Assembly: GCA_964016885.1 (NCBI GenBank)
Contig: OZ024740.1
Location: 323,020,001 to 323,084,000, forward strand
Length of the DNA stretch: 64,000 nucleotides
Source of the DNA: Eledone cirrhosa
Lineage: Eukaryota
Direction of reading: 5' to 3'
In this document: piece after piece, positions 15,475 to 28,465 of the stretch
Position numbering within the stretch: position 1 is the stretch's first letter
Layout of the letters: each line of letters begins with the position of its first letter
Notes under the pieces: generated by a model
The model's input: only the letters and a program-made list of their open reading frames with translations
What the model was told of the DNA's origin: nothing
Database searches by the model: none
Made by a program: the position numbers and the translations under genes

Positions 15475-15807
15475 GTTTATTGCAGATACTCATACACACG
15501 CAGACACATATGTACATTTACATATATATATACATATGTACCTACATCCATACTCACACACACACATATATAAATGTGAGTGTATGTGTTTGTGTGTGAG
15601 AACATGCCCGCCCTCATGTACTTACACACACATAATTTAATAAAGTAATTTTAAATAAATATACCAACTCTGCATTTCTTGCATCAAGTGCTTTTCTTTG
15701 AATGGAATTAATCCTCGTTTTTATTCTTGGAATAGGCACTTTCAATTATATCTACACAGACACTGCCACAGACACATACACACGCACAAACACACATACT
15801 GATACAA

Positions 15808-15893
<86 letters not shown>

Positions 15894-16142
15894 TATATAA
15901 ATATATATATATGTATTTATATAAGAATTTACACTTACAAACACAGAATATGTGTGTGTGTGTGTGTATGTGTCTCCTTGTGTATATAGCTTTATTTGCT
16001 ATTCAGAAACGGATTCTTATAGCATCGAGGAATACTTTAATACTTATAAGAAACTTAAAAGTGCAATTTTACAGAAATCCAGTTATCACCGATCATATTT
16101 TCCTTTTTGCCATTTTCGATTTCATTAACTAAACCATCAATC

Positions 16143-16310
16143 CTGGACGCAGCGTTGCTGAATGGTTAAGAAACTTACCTCGCAATCATTAGATGCCGGT
16201 TCGAACTTTCTGTATGGAATCTGGAGCATTTATTATTTGCTATCGCTTCGTGTTGATTCATGCCTTGTGAGTGGAATTGGGTAGGCGGAAACTGTTTTGA
16301 AGCCTGTCGA
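16143..16310 (+). mobile_element. tRNA-derived SINE family B relic (also at about 29722-29850 and 57557-57690)
   Basis: Shared head GGC(A)CA(A)GCATGGCTGTATGGT(T/C)AAG with a B-box-like GGTTC(A/G)A. The downstream TAGGCGGAA(A)CTG motif is shared with the 57557 copy. Confidence 0.65.
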
Positions 16311-17462
16311 AATGACTGTACCTGTAATACAAAGGGCCAACCCTGTCACACACTTTGTCACGCTGAATCTCTCGGAGATCATGTTAAGGGTATATGTGTC
16401 TGTGGAATACTCAGCCACTTACATATTACGTTCATGAACTGGCCTTCCCGTTGATCTAACAACTTAACCATTCATCTTCGAAACCGGTGGCGGTCCATTA
16501 TAACCACTAACCTCATGAGTGGTGGGACGAATACATTGTTTTATTTTTAGTTCTTTTATTTGTTTGATCTATAACTGACCTCATTGCAATAGAAACATCT
16601 GGCGCCCTGGATCACTGAATCAGCTCCCAACTTACTACGATCATTGCAGAGATGAACATCTGCCTGTACGATCCCCAGGAGATAAACTGGATCATACAGC
16701 CCATCTCCTACATTATCTCATGCGGTAGCACATTTATAATGCTGTCCTTTCTGTACACATTTCTTGTTATCCTGATTGGTAACACATTCGAAATCCTGTC
16801 CTTACCAGCGTATCCCTCTCGCTATATTCTCTTTTCAGTATATCTCCCTCATTATTCTCCGTGATAACACGTCTGCCATTGCGTTCTTCGGGATAACATA
16901 TTTACAATCCTGCCTATTACATGATTTACAAAGGATGAGATGATAGCATTACAAATAAAAGGTTGTCTTTTTCCCAGTTTTGTTTTATGCGCAGTAAAAT
17001 AGTTACATATAACTAAGGAGTTATAAACTCGAATCAAGCCATACTAGAACACCACTTTACATTTCTTTTAGAATGTTCTTCTAATTCGTAATAAAAGCCA
17101 TGCTGGAGCATCTCCTATATTTTCTCTGAACCTGCGTATATGTTCCATGATGTCTATCCTGATATTTCGTTGTTGCTATTTTAATGCCGCTAACTGTTAG
17201 ATCAATGTTTTTAGAGGCTTTTTTAGAAGGTTGCTTTGTGGTATTGAAAAGTATAACTATATAACGTGCCTGGACCATTTTAAAAATGAGTTGATGCTCT
17301 TACTTCTTATATTACATTTTTTATTTATATTCTCCTCTCCAAGGGATTTGTTTACCTTTATTATTATTGATGAGGTGATGAGGTAAATTAAATGAATAAT
17401 GAAAATTACGATTATAGTTTATAGATTGTTTTAATTCCCTAAAACCTATGGTTTTCCTTTAA

Positions 17463-17545
<83 letters not shown>

Positions 17546-18541
17546 GTGAGTGAGTGAGAGTGAGAGTGAATGAGTGAGTGAGTGAGTGAGTGAGTGAGTG
17601 AGAGAGAGAGAGAGTTAATACTAATTAAAAAGTCTCTAATAGACATTTTGTTGTTGGAAACCGCATCATGTCCAATACGTCGCATTGTTAAACTACTAAA
17701 TGTATAAATCACTCCCTATGCAGACATGTAACCACATCTATCTCTCTCTTTCTCTCTATTACTCTTTCTCCCACACTCCCCATCCCCCTATCTCTCTATA
17801 TATATTGAGGATGTAAAATTCTATAATATAATGTAATATGATATATTAAAATCTAATGAAATATAATGAAACATAATACAATGAAGACTAATTTGATGCT
17901 TTTTCTATTCCAGATGGTCACTTGACTTTGTTTAACAGCTATGTGCTAGACTTTCTCAGGATTCTTATTTCAAAAAACCGAAAGTCAAAGACAGAGAACA
18001 AAACTCTTGCTCTTTCTTATTGTGAACACAATTTAAGTTATTTGAAAAATCGATCATATCTTCAGGTACTAATATGCGAACTAATTCATTTTGATGGAAT
18101 TAATTTTCAGTATTTCTTACTTTGTTGTAAAAATATTAAATAAAATAAAAACACAAAAAACACACGAATATTGTAAGAGAAAAACCTTGGTTTTCCTACG
18201 AGTTTAGCAGAGAAAGTTATCTGAGAATATTTTCAAGAGACATTTTAAAAATAAAATTGAAAAAATACATTGTATTTTGAACATCATTAGATAAATGATT
18301 TTAGAGTGACAGTCATCCCAATCACCCCCAGGCAATATGGAGGATAAAAACATTTCTATTCCAAAGAAATCATTTCTTTTTCTTCTCTTCATTATTCTTG
18401 TTTTTTAACTTTATCATTTTCATTTTCTCATTTTATTTACCACGCTCTCTCTGTCTTTGACTCTCTCGATACATGCATCCATCTATACATACATATATAC
18501 ATACATACATACATACATACATACATACATACATACATACA

Positions 18542-18574
<33 letters not shown>

Positions 18575-18630
18575 GTATATATATATATATAGGTATGTAT
18601 GTATGTATATATATATATATATACACACAC

Positions 18631-18683
<53 letters not shown>

Positions 18684-18934
18684 TATACGTACGTATATAA
18701 ATACATACATACACACACATATATCACTGTATTTAGCTCCTCTCTCTCTTTCTCTCTATCACTATCTGTCACTCTATATCTCCGCCCACTCTTTTAAATA
18801 GTAACAAAGTTTGTTTAGTTCTACCAACAGATTACTGAAGTTTCCAGAACTAGGTGAAACTTGAACTGATTCAAATCGATGAATCTTTAAACTTCAATTG
18901 TCGTCTTGTAACTGAGTTAAAATAGAATGTAACG

Positions 18935-19400
18935 TATGAACACTCTGCCTCACAACAGAATGTACTGAATCAATATCTTGACTGCCTCTCAACAGAATGT
19001 ATCGATAGAATGTATTGAATCGATATCTTGACTGTCTCACAACAGAATGTATCGATAGAATGTATTGAATCGATATCTTGACTGTCTCACAACAGAATGT
19101 ATTGAAACGATATCTTGACTGTCTCACAACAGAATGTGCTGTATCACAACTTCTTCACAATAAAGTGCACTGAATCTATATTTTAACTGCCTCACAACAT
19201 AATGTACTGAATTAATAATGCCTAGACTGCATTACAACAGAATGTACTCTATCAGCATTGCCTTACAACAGAATGTACTCGATAAAAACTATAACTGATC
19301 AATACCTTACCTGCCTTACAACAGAATGTACTGGACGAACGCTTTATCTGCCTCACAACATGTATTGGATGAGCACCTAGACTGCCTCACAACATACACG
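18935..19400. repeat. Minisatellite with 35/49-bp units
   Basis: Repeats of CTCACAACAGAATGTA(TCGATAGAATGTA)TTGAATCGATATCTTGACTGT that decay to the right. Confidence 0.9.
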
Positions 19401-19952
19401 ATACTTCAAACAATATACTTACTAATATCATTTCTAATTTTAAATCTGACAATTATAAACCTCTCATTAATTCACAAGACATTTAAAACTACTTTCATTA
19501 TAGGAAACAACAAATTTTATGCGTTAATTCTAAGCAAAAACAAAACATAACAATAAAAAGTAGCTATAATTACAGTGACTGGGCATTATTATAGTCATTT
19601 ACGTCCGCATAACTACATATAAAATAAAAAATGTTCTTAATGTTTCTTAAGCCAACCGAATGCTTACACTTCTAGTTACCTGCATAACATCTAAACGATG
19701 GAAACTAGTCACCAAGGATATTGTAACGTAATCGTTAACGCGTTCAAACAGAATCCGAGAAATGGAGGGTTCTATTCATCCTAGAGGCCTAAGTGCATAT
19801 TTTCCCTTCTTAAGGATTACCTGACCAAATTTCTCAACTATTATTTAGAGTGATCGACTATTGATATTGTCGAATATTGTTGTTGGGACAATATTTCAAT
19901 TTTTCCCATTTTTCTTCGAACAATCGGATGCTCGCATTATTATCACATTATA

Positions 19953-20328
19953 GGGCGATGGATTGGCAGTATCAGTAGAGGATCGGAGGCCATGCTTTCC
20001 ATCATAGAGTTACGTCCCTTTACGGACTGAGTTCAAATCCCGCCGAGGTTAACTTTGCTTTTCATCCTTACGGGGTCGATAAAATAAAGTACCAGTAATG
20101 TACTGGTGAATTGCTGGCCTTGTGCCAAAATTAGAAACAATTATTATCGCATTTGCAGTACCAGTAGAGTGCTTTGACGCATAGAGTTAGGGCCCTTGCC
20201 ATTCTGAGTTCAAATCCCGCCGAGGTTAACTTTGCTTTTCATCCTTACGGGATCGATAAAATAAAGTACCAGTAATGCACCACTGGGTAATTGCTGGCCT
20301 TGTGCCAAAAGTAGAAACAATTATTATG
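19953..20328 (+). mobile_element. Two head-to-tail SINE family A copies
   Basis: Copies at about 19953-20146 and 20154-20328. The first has TSD ATTATTATC(A/G)CATT. Confidence 0.92.
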
Positions 20329-20961
20329 ACTGTTTCAACAGGAGAAAGCCCAGTGCTAGGGAACCTTTGCAGAGTTCCCGAGATTTGAGGAAGAAGGGGG
20401 AGAATGAAATATATCCTTAAATCACATTCAGCATAAATTCTTGCAACAGATGATATTCCGCTAAAGGTATCCAAGAAAACAGGTGGATTTGTAAACCGGA
20501 CAACGGATTAAGTTTACCACCCGAGTAGTCTACAGTAGGCTTTCAAAGCTAAACCTCTTAGAAGATTAAACCTATAACCACATGTGTGGGAAGGGAGTAT
20601 TTTAACCACATGAGTATGTCTGCTCCAGATATGTTTATGTAATTTACTCTCATTAAAGATTGATTTAAACATAATTATTTGCATTATCTCATTTATGTTT
20701 GACAACTGTTATAGGCTATGTCTGTTTTAATTGTTCTTTCACTTATCTACTAACAGAATATATATTACATAGCATGATATATACTTACACATATACATAT
20801 GTATTATATATATTGTATGCATATATATTTATGTAAATATATATATATATCTGTGAGTGTACATATACATATGCATATATAAATGAATAAATATAGATCT
20901 ATAGTATATTTATATGTATACATACATAATATATACATATTTATACAAATACATGTGTATA

Positions 20962-21047
<86 letters not shown>

Positions 21048-22424
21048 ATATAAGATATTTAGTGGTTGATGGCATGTCAAGCTAATTTATAGCCTCCATT
21101 TGTGTATAGATTGTTTTGTAGTCTCAGAGAGATCGAATTAGATTTATTAACATCCGGCAATAAATAAAACAAAAACCAAACCATAATCCAATCACAAAAT
21201 CTTATATCAATGTTTGTAAAGACTTCATCATTCAATAAAAATGATGTATACACAAAACCATAGCTAAGTCACTAAGCGCAACCACATAAAAACAGCAACT
21301 ATATAAACATAACAACCATACCAAAAAAAAAAAAAAGAAACACAAATACTATACAGCAACAACATCGCAGTATGAACTACAAGGGTAACAACAACAACAG
21401 CTACAGCATCAGCATCAACAACTTAAGTAACTACTAGAACAGTAAAAACAGCAATAACAAATAACAACAACAGCAACGGCAGCTACAACAACAGCAATAA
21501 GTAGAAATTTCTAGTGTTAAATAAATAACAGGCAATAATTAAGCTTGTTTTTCCTTATCCTAACCGACTGAAAATAGGTAGCGTTTGTTTGCTATCGATT
21601 GATTTCTAATAAGAATGAATATTTTGTTTGTTTTTATGTCCGTTTAGTTAATAGACTTGTGCTGAACAGCGTTTCTTTACATATTTATTTAACTTATTAG
21701 ACGGAGATCGATGGCTCCTACATTGATTTTTATATAAATATAAACGTTTACTTTTGTTTCTTCTATGAGAAATGAAGTCTGAAGTAAAAGCAAAGTAAAG
21801 CAAAGCAAAGCCATCGAAGACAAAGAGATATGACAGTTGGCAATTAATCAAAGATGGCAGCCAAAACAATTCTCGCTTCTCACTTCTCTCTTCTCGCTCT
21901 TTTCTTTGCGATTCTTGTTAATGTAAATCAGCTGTCGAAACGCTTTTATCGTTTCTTTATCGTCGACTGTTGTATTTAGCAAGGGAAGCAATCAACTGAT
22001 AGCTTGTTGTTTTAGAGGTTATCTGCTCATATATCAGATATATTGATTAGGGTCTTGCCTTTAGAAGAACTTCAACAGATCGCTGTAAAATAGACATAAA
22101 ACACGGTGACAGTTAAAACAAACTACAGTAAATTATAGCTATTGATATTTAGATATTTACACGTCAGTAACTGTTTGAAATGAGGTAGAAGGGGTAGGGG
22201 GAATAGTGGCCCTTGTGATCAGGTACTGAAGAGAAAGAAAGCACAAGAGAAAAAGAAGGAGAGAGAGAAAGAGTGATAGTGAGAAAGATATGAGAGGTTC
22301 TTATGATCAAAGAGAGAAAGAAGAGCAAAAGAGAATGAATAGGAGAGAGATGGGTGGTTTGTATGATCAAAGAGAAATAGAGACTGAAAGCGTGAATGGG
22401 AAAGAGACAGAGAAGGAGAGAGAT

Positions 22425-22499
<75 letters not shown>

Positions 22500-22611
22500 G
22501 AGAGAGTGTGTGAGAGATAAATATGAATAGTACTTCTAATATGAATATATGTATGTATGTATGTATGTATGCATGTATGTATGTGTATATATGTATATAT
22601 ATATATATAAT

Positions 22612-22687
<76 letters not shown>

Positions 22688-22697
22688 AAAAAATGAT

Positions 22698-22771
22698 ATT
22701 GAAATGATCATAGTATAATAAACCTTTCAAGGATTTACACCAGTCCAGCCTCCTGTTATTTTATTTTATTT

Positions 22772-22813
<42 letters not shown>

Positions 22814-22887
22814 AAATAAAATAAAATAACAGGAGGCTGGACTGGTGTAAATCCTTGAAAGGTTTATTATACTATGATCATTTCAAT
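22698..22887. repeat. Perfect 190-bp palindrome with an (AT)n centre
   Basis: ATTGAAATGATCATAG...CCTCCTGTTATTTTATTTTATTT(AT)n is mirrored base for base around 22792/22793. Confidence 0.95.
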
Positions 22888-22929
22888 TACCGCGTTCCAT
22901 ATGAATCCGGTGATATCATCAGGTATTGG
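22884..22929 (-). ncRNA. Degenerate minimal hammerhead ribozyme (Penelope pLTR type)
   Basis: The minus strand reads CAATAC-CTGATGA-TATCACCGGATTCATAT-GGAAC-GCG-GTA^ATTG. It has one core substitution (GAAAC to GGAAC), imperfect stems I and II, and AATAAA shortly downstream. Confidence 0.55.
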
Positions 22930-23739
22930 AATATAACAAAGGAATATGTAAAAAACCATGGGTCCGAAAAATCAGAGACAGAGACAAAGAGGACGACTGA
23001 CCAACTAGCTGCCTTCACCTCGGCCAGTCGCCCTCAAAGTGATGGCAACTGAATCTACTAATGACCATCTGGTGAGGGGGCGAAGGCTTATAATGCAATA
23101 CCACCTCTCCGTCAAAGAAAAAGGGGAAGAAAGAAAGAAAGGAAGAAAGAAGAAAAAAAGGAAGAAAGAAGTCAGCGTAAGGGTCACACTACATTCATGC
23201 TAGAAAATGCCGCGAAAAATGCTACTCCAAAGAATCTATATTTAACAAAGGCATATATAATGGGTGTCTGTATGGTCTAATGTGTGAACCGAAAATTGGA
23301 ACGTTAAACTTATGTTACCAGTTATAGGATGAAATTAAATTAAATAAAAAAAATATTAAATTGCAAAATGATAAATTGAAAAATAAATTATTAGAAAATT
23401 AAAGGTTAAGGTAGCGAGATTTATTTAATGAACTTACAGAGAGAGTAAACCAACAAACCTAAAGATATATATATATATATATATATATGTATGCATTATA
23501 TTTACATGAGACTATTTCTCACTTTCTCTCTTTCCCCACAGACACACGTGGAGAGAGAGAGAGAGAGAGAGAGAGAGATTCTCATGTAAATATTATTCAG
23601 TAGATTATACATATGAGACTGGATATGTAAATATTTAAAAATATTAAGAAGGGAAATGGTGTTCTTATTAAGTTTACATTCGAAGCGCATCTTAAATAAA
23701 ATTCCACTTTTCATTACGGCTGATGTATAACATAAAGAT

Positions 23740-23870
23740 ACGTAGCTTAATGGTTGTCGTACTGAGCGCAAGGTCGTAAAGTTGTGAGTTCGATTACTGG
23801 GCCAAGCAGTGCGTTGTATCCTTGTGAAAGACACTTGCTTCAGTTCACTCAACTGGGGTTGCGACGACAT
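23740..23870 (+). mobile_element. tRNA-headed, CORE-like SINE relic (second copy at about 53010-53118, minus)
   Basis: GTAGCTTAATGGTT A box, GAGTTCGATTAC B box, then GCGTTGTATCCTTGTGAAAGACACTT, which resembles a CORE domain. Confidence 0.6.
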
Positions 23871-24699
23871 TAGTACCAAGCTATATCAGTCTTTTAGAAT
23901 AGAGGGTGTATATCGTGTATATATGAGATTTGTGTTGTACGGGCCTTTGCTTTTCTCTTGGACAACATCAGCTGCTAGTCTTCCACCAAATATACCCTAC
24001 CCTCACTTTTGTCTTGGCCACTCATAGCTGAAGAGTGCCCTTTCATTTCCATTTTGAAAGCTCAATATATCAGAGAAAAGAGAAATATTAAATGTAAGAT
24101 GGTACCTAGATTATTTTTTAAGTATCTGAATCCATTCTTTAGCTATCTACACTAGCTACTCTAACAAATGTTATCTCACAAAAAGGCAACTTAATTCTAG
24201 TTAGCAAGCAGAATGTTTTAAGTTGTCTTAGCTGTCTTGTCAAAATAGACGATCTTATCGAGATCAGTGAAGCAGAATTGTGGTTTAATGTCGCAGACTG
24301 GTGGTTATCTTCAAAGAAATAATAGATTTGTTATTTGCCGCGAAGCATATTCACCAACTTCGGCTATACGTTCACTACAGTGTAACTATCTAAGTAGGTA
24401 AATAAAGGTTTCCTCTCTCCTCCTAATTCCTGCTTGTTTATTACCGTATATTACTTCCAGAGATTCGACTCAGTAAGAATAACAAACGGTTAGCTGTAGA
24501 AGTATATAGAACATGGCGTTTTGAAGAGTAACAATAATATGAAACACATATATACATAAGTGACATAGAAAAACAAACAGAAATTGTGATACATGCGTAG
24601 ATGCACAGGCGCATATACAAACACACACATACATGTATATACACACATGCACACACAACACAATAAAACCTAATTAAGTAGGTATATATACATATTCGC

Positions 24700-24796
<97 letters not shown>

Positions 24797-24805
24797 GAGA
24801 GAGAG

Positions 24806-24838
<33 letters not shown>

Positions 24839-25121
24839 GACACACATATATATATATACACACACTTATATATATATACACACTCACACATATATATATA
24901 TATATGTATATATAAGTTAAAACAATTTCATTGTTTTAACTTATATCATGACTCTGTTTTCCTTTTAATGTTTTATTGTTTTTCGGGATTTATTTTAACC
25001 TACAACATTTTCACCATATGGATTACACTGAGTTCTTCATGCAGACTGGACCCCACAACTTACCGTGAATATCTCTGTGTATTTATATATATATATATAT
25101 AACATATGTATACATATGTGT

Positions 25122-25320
25122 ATGGTGTCAGGTCTCTCTTGAGTGCTACTGGTAACATGTAAACCAGTACAGCCTGTCGCATGGTCGGGTCGTCGGCGAC
25201 TAAACCGGCAACCCCACCAAGTTTACTTGGTGAGGAGGGTGATTTTGGATACCATGCAGGACAAAAAACAAAACCTGACAAAGGGCAGAAGAACTGATAA
25301 GAGTCAACGGCCATCCAAAA
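25122..25320 (+). mobile_element. Probable RTE-type 5' UTR fragment
   Basis: GC-rich island between (TA)n tracts with hairpin CACCAAGT-TT-ACTTGGTG. The resemblance to RTE 5' regions is from memory only. Confidence 0.45.
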
Positions 25321-25388
25321 ATGTGTAAATATGTATATACACATGTACATATGTACATATGTATGTGTATGTATATACGTGTGTATAT

Positions 25389-26091
25389 GCCTGGGGTGTC
25401 AGGGAGGGGCATGTACCTTTGTAGGGGGGCGGGGAGGCTAGCCATACCCTTTTCAGGACAGTTCGTCCTGCATTGGGTCCCACATGACACTCAGCTTTCA
25501 CCTGTGGCCCCAAGAAGCTGTAGTATGTGACAGCGGCCACACCCTGGTAAACGGCCTTGGCTGGCGGGCCAAACCAGATTGAGGGTAGCCACACGGGTCT
25601 GAAAACCCCCGGTTAGTTAGATAGGGGATGCCTGCCTCTGCATGCGAAGACTGGAACCGGCGGAGTGAGGGGAGGAAGACAACATCGTCCCAACGGTTAC
25701 TAAGGCGGCGACAGCAAGCGGTGTGGAGCGCTAGGGCACGGCAAGGCACTACAGACGTCGTGGCCATCCACTGCAGCCAAGAAAGTCCCTGGTCGTGACG
25801 GTCCTCCGTACCACCGGATTCTGGCTTCTGTGGCCGAGTGAGTGGGACCGTCACTGTGCACTGGCCCTCCCACTGTAAACCTTTCCCGCACAGGTTTCTT
25901 CTTTAGCGTGCACTCCCAAAGCCCTGCGGCGATGGGCAAGAGGCGGGGGTAAGAAGTGGAGGTAACCTCTGGGTGTTGCCAGTCTCAAACCCACACGTGT
26001 CAAGGATCGGCCTCCACAGCCACGTTCGTGCCCACGGCAGACGGGAACTAAATTAAAGAAGATGTCATCATCGTTCACGATGAACAACCAA
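25389..26091 (+). mobile_element. Bipartite non-autonomous RTE-clade element (5' UTR fused to the ORF2 terminus and 3' tail)
   Basis: GC-rich island in (TA)n. 26000-26056 translates SRIGLHSHVRAHGRRELN*, the RTE/BovB C-terminal zinc-finger end. It is followed by an RTE-type tail GTCATCATCGTTCACGATGAACAACCA. Confidence 0.8.
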
Positions 26092-26559
26092 GATATATGT
26101 GCGTGTATGTATAGATATATATACACATGCACACACAAACACACAAACATACATTCACACACACACATATATATATACATATATACATGCATACACACAC
26201 ACATATATATATATATATATGAACGTGAATAATATACATATATACGAACATGTATATATGTATACATTACATTTATCTATCTATCTCACTGTCCCTCACT
26301 CCACACACGCAGACACACACATATATAAATATATATATATACATACAATAATTTACAAAATTGCACATAGTCTTGCATAGTAGACTTACGCATTCAATAT
26401 GCTTTTATACATATTTACAAGCATATTTACCCTTACATACGCAAAGCTTTACATACATGCTTTCTCTAGAATTTCTTCACTAAATATGGAGGAGAGAGTG
26501 AGAGAGAGCGGGGGTGGTGTAAGAAGGAGGCATTTTGTCAAACTAGAAATGGTTTTCAC

Positions 26560-26800
26560 CTGCCATTGTCGACGCCGAGTGTTCTATTTGATTAGATCAG
26601 CGGAGCTGTCTTCCCATGAAATTAAAGTGTAAGTGGCTGAGCATTCCACAGACACCTGTATCTTTAACCTAGTTCTCAGGAAGATTCAGCGTGATACTGT
26701 GTGTGACAAGGCTGATCCCGTTGAAGCACATGTAAAACTCATTATTCCTAGACGTGTTGACTGGAGCAAAGTGAAATATAGTGTCTTGCCACCGTCAATA
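26560..26800 (+). repeat. Dispersed repeat module C (probable SINE body or tail)
   Basis: GAAATTA..GTG.AAGTGGCTGAGCA.TCCACAGACAC...TCTCAGG.AGATTCAGCGTGA..C.GT.TGTGACAAGGC recurs at about 1640-1735 (+), 16315-16470 (-), 52150-52330 (+), 55140-55250 (-), 55500-55920 (-, about three tandem copies) and 57960-58070 (+). Confidence 0.8.
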
Positions 26801-26923
26801 AAACTCACCACTTTGCCATCATAATCTGAACACCCTGTTCATAAAACCACACGCCTTATATATAATATATAATACCACACGCCTTATATATAATATATAA
26901 TACTACACGCCTTATATATAATA

Positions 26924-27136
26924 CGAGGATCGGTTTAAAAGTTTATAGGCTGACCAAGATATTCTCAGGGAATGGCCATGTGAAGTTTATTTTTCAACAT
27001 TCACTAGTGAAAAAAAAAAAAAGCAAAAAAAAACAAAACAAAAGCAAGCAGTTATTAATAAGAAGAGTATAAATTAATGCATGAAATATATCACAGTCTT
27101 TCAAAGTCATCCTATGAACTTTTTAGTTGACCCACA
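26924..27136. mobile_element. Mariner-type MITE
   Basis: TA-CGAGGATCGGTTTAAAAGTTTATAGG ... CCTATGAACTTTTTAGTTGACCCACA-TA imperfect TIRs. Confidence 0.7.
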
Positions 27137-27426
27137 TATTTCCTCTAAAATCCTGAAAATAATGGTTCTTCTTTGTCATATTTTGGAAACTGAGAATTAA
27201 CGCAACAAAAGGTCAGAGAATAAATAAGACACGTAGTAAGTGGGGCAGGTTAGTTGTTCTTATGCTAGGATTGGAGGGGGGGGGGGGTAGTTTTGAAGGA
27301 CATGATTGATTTTTACTTCGTCTTAAGCAATACTGGTGGGTGGGGTTGAATATACGTTTATGGATTGCGTTGATAGCATTGGTTCGGTGTAGCGTCGTTA
27401 GCATTCAATTTTCGGCAATTAACTGT

Positions 27427-27486
<60 letters not shown>

Positions 27487-27637
27487 AGTGAAGGCAGAAC
27501 TTTTCTCTATCTGTTTTGTTATGGCCCAATATACACTGCAATGAACGGTATTTCCCTTAATGCACCGTAACCTTAGTGATTTTCAGAGGTTGTCTTTCCG
27601 TTGTTTTTTTTCAGCAGGAAGAGAGTTAACTACTTTA

Positions 27638-28022
27638 ATAAAAATAGAAGGTCAGATTCCAATATATTCCTTTAATAGTTCACATTTACCTAATACGAAT
27701 TTCTGTGACCGACTTACGTCAACATAAACGACGCAAGATTATCCTTGATGCCATCAGATGTAACGTATATAATTGATTTAAAAGATTTAGTTCAGTAATC
27801 CATACTGAGTTACGGCAAAATATAAACAAAGAATTGATACGGATTTGCCCCGGCTAGTGATGCAATCACTGACGGCCTCATTTAAATTAGTTATGTTCAT
27901 TACATCTGTGACCTCACTTATTGTCTTGCATCATGGTCTGATGACGTTAATGCACTACAGAAATACGTATGTAATTGTGCAACATTAAAGGAATATATTG
28001 AAATCCGGCCTTCTATTTTCAT
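27638..28022. mobile_element. Fold-back MITE with TA target duplication
   Basis: Termini ATAAAAATAGAAGGTCAGATTCCAATATATTCCTTTAAT and ATTAAAGGAATATATTGAAATCCGGCCTTCTATTTTCAT. Imperfect complementarity continues almost to the centre. TA lies on both sides. Confidence 0.8.
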
Positions 28023-28055
28023 TACCGATTGTGTTGTTATTTCTGTTTACCTTTT

Positions 28056-28087
<32 letters not shown>

Positions 28088-28097
28088 ACACACACGC

Positions 28098-28155
<58 letters not shown>

Positions 28156-28465
28156 TTATATATAAATGCGTAGAGCAAATATTTATTATTAAAGTTTAAA
28201 GAAAGAATTTCTGCTTTCACCTTGTTGAATAATTACTCGCGTGTACACTATAAAACTTGATGAGCTTTACTTATAATTAGAATGTCCAGCTTTGTCACAC
28301 ACTGTGTCACACACTGTGTTACATGCATACGTGTAAACCACAGACACTGACACATACATTTAACGAGTTGTTCGTTCTGTTGACCGAAAAACTGGAACAT
28401 TCATCGTCGAAACCGACGGATTTCTGTGAGAAAAGAACACTATTAACTGTTAAGTCATTTTATAG

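Noticed and set aside
18935-19400. Regularly spaced repeats resembling a CRISPR array
   Set aside because: The intervening sequences are also repeated, there are no cas genes and the context is eukaryotic. It is a minisatellite.
24028-24066. CTGAAGA...GAAAGCTC motif
   Set aside because: The core boxes are present but neither stem I nor stem II can pair.
27938-27975. CTGATGA...GAAATACGTAT motif
   Set aside because: The cleavage position would be G, stem II is absent, and it lies inside the fold-back MITE.
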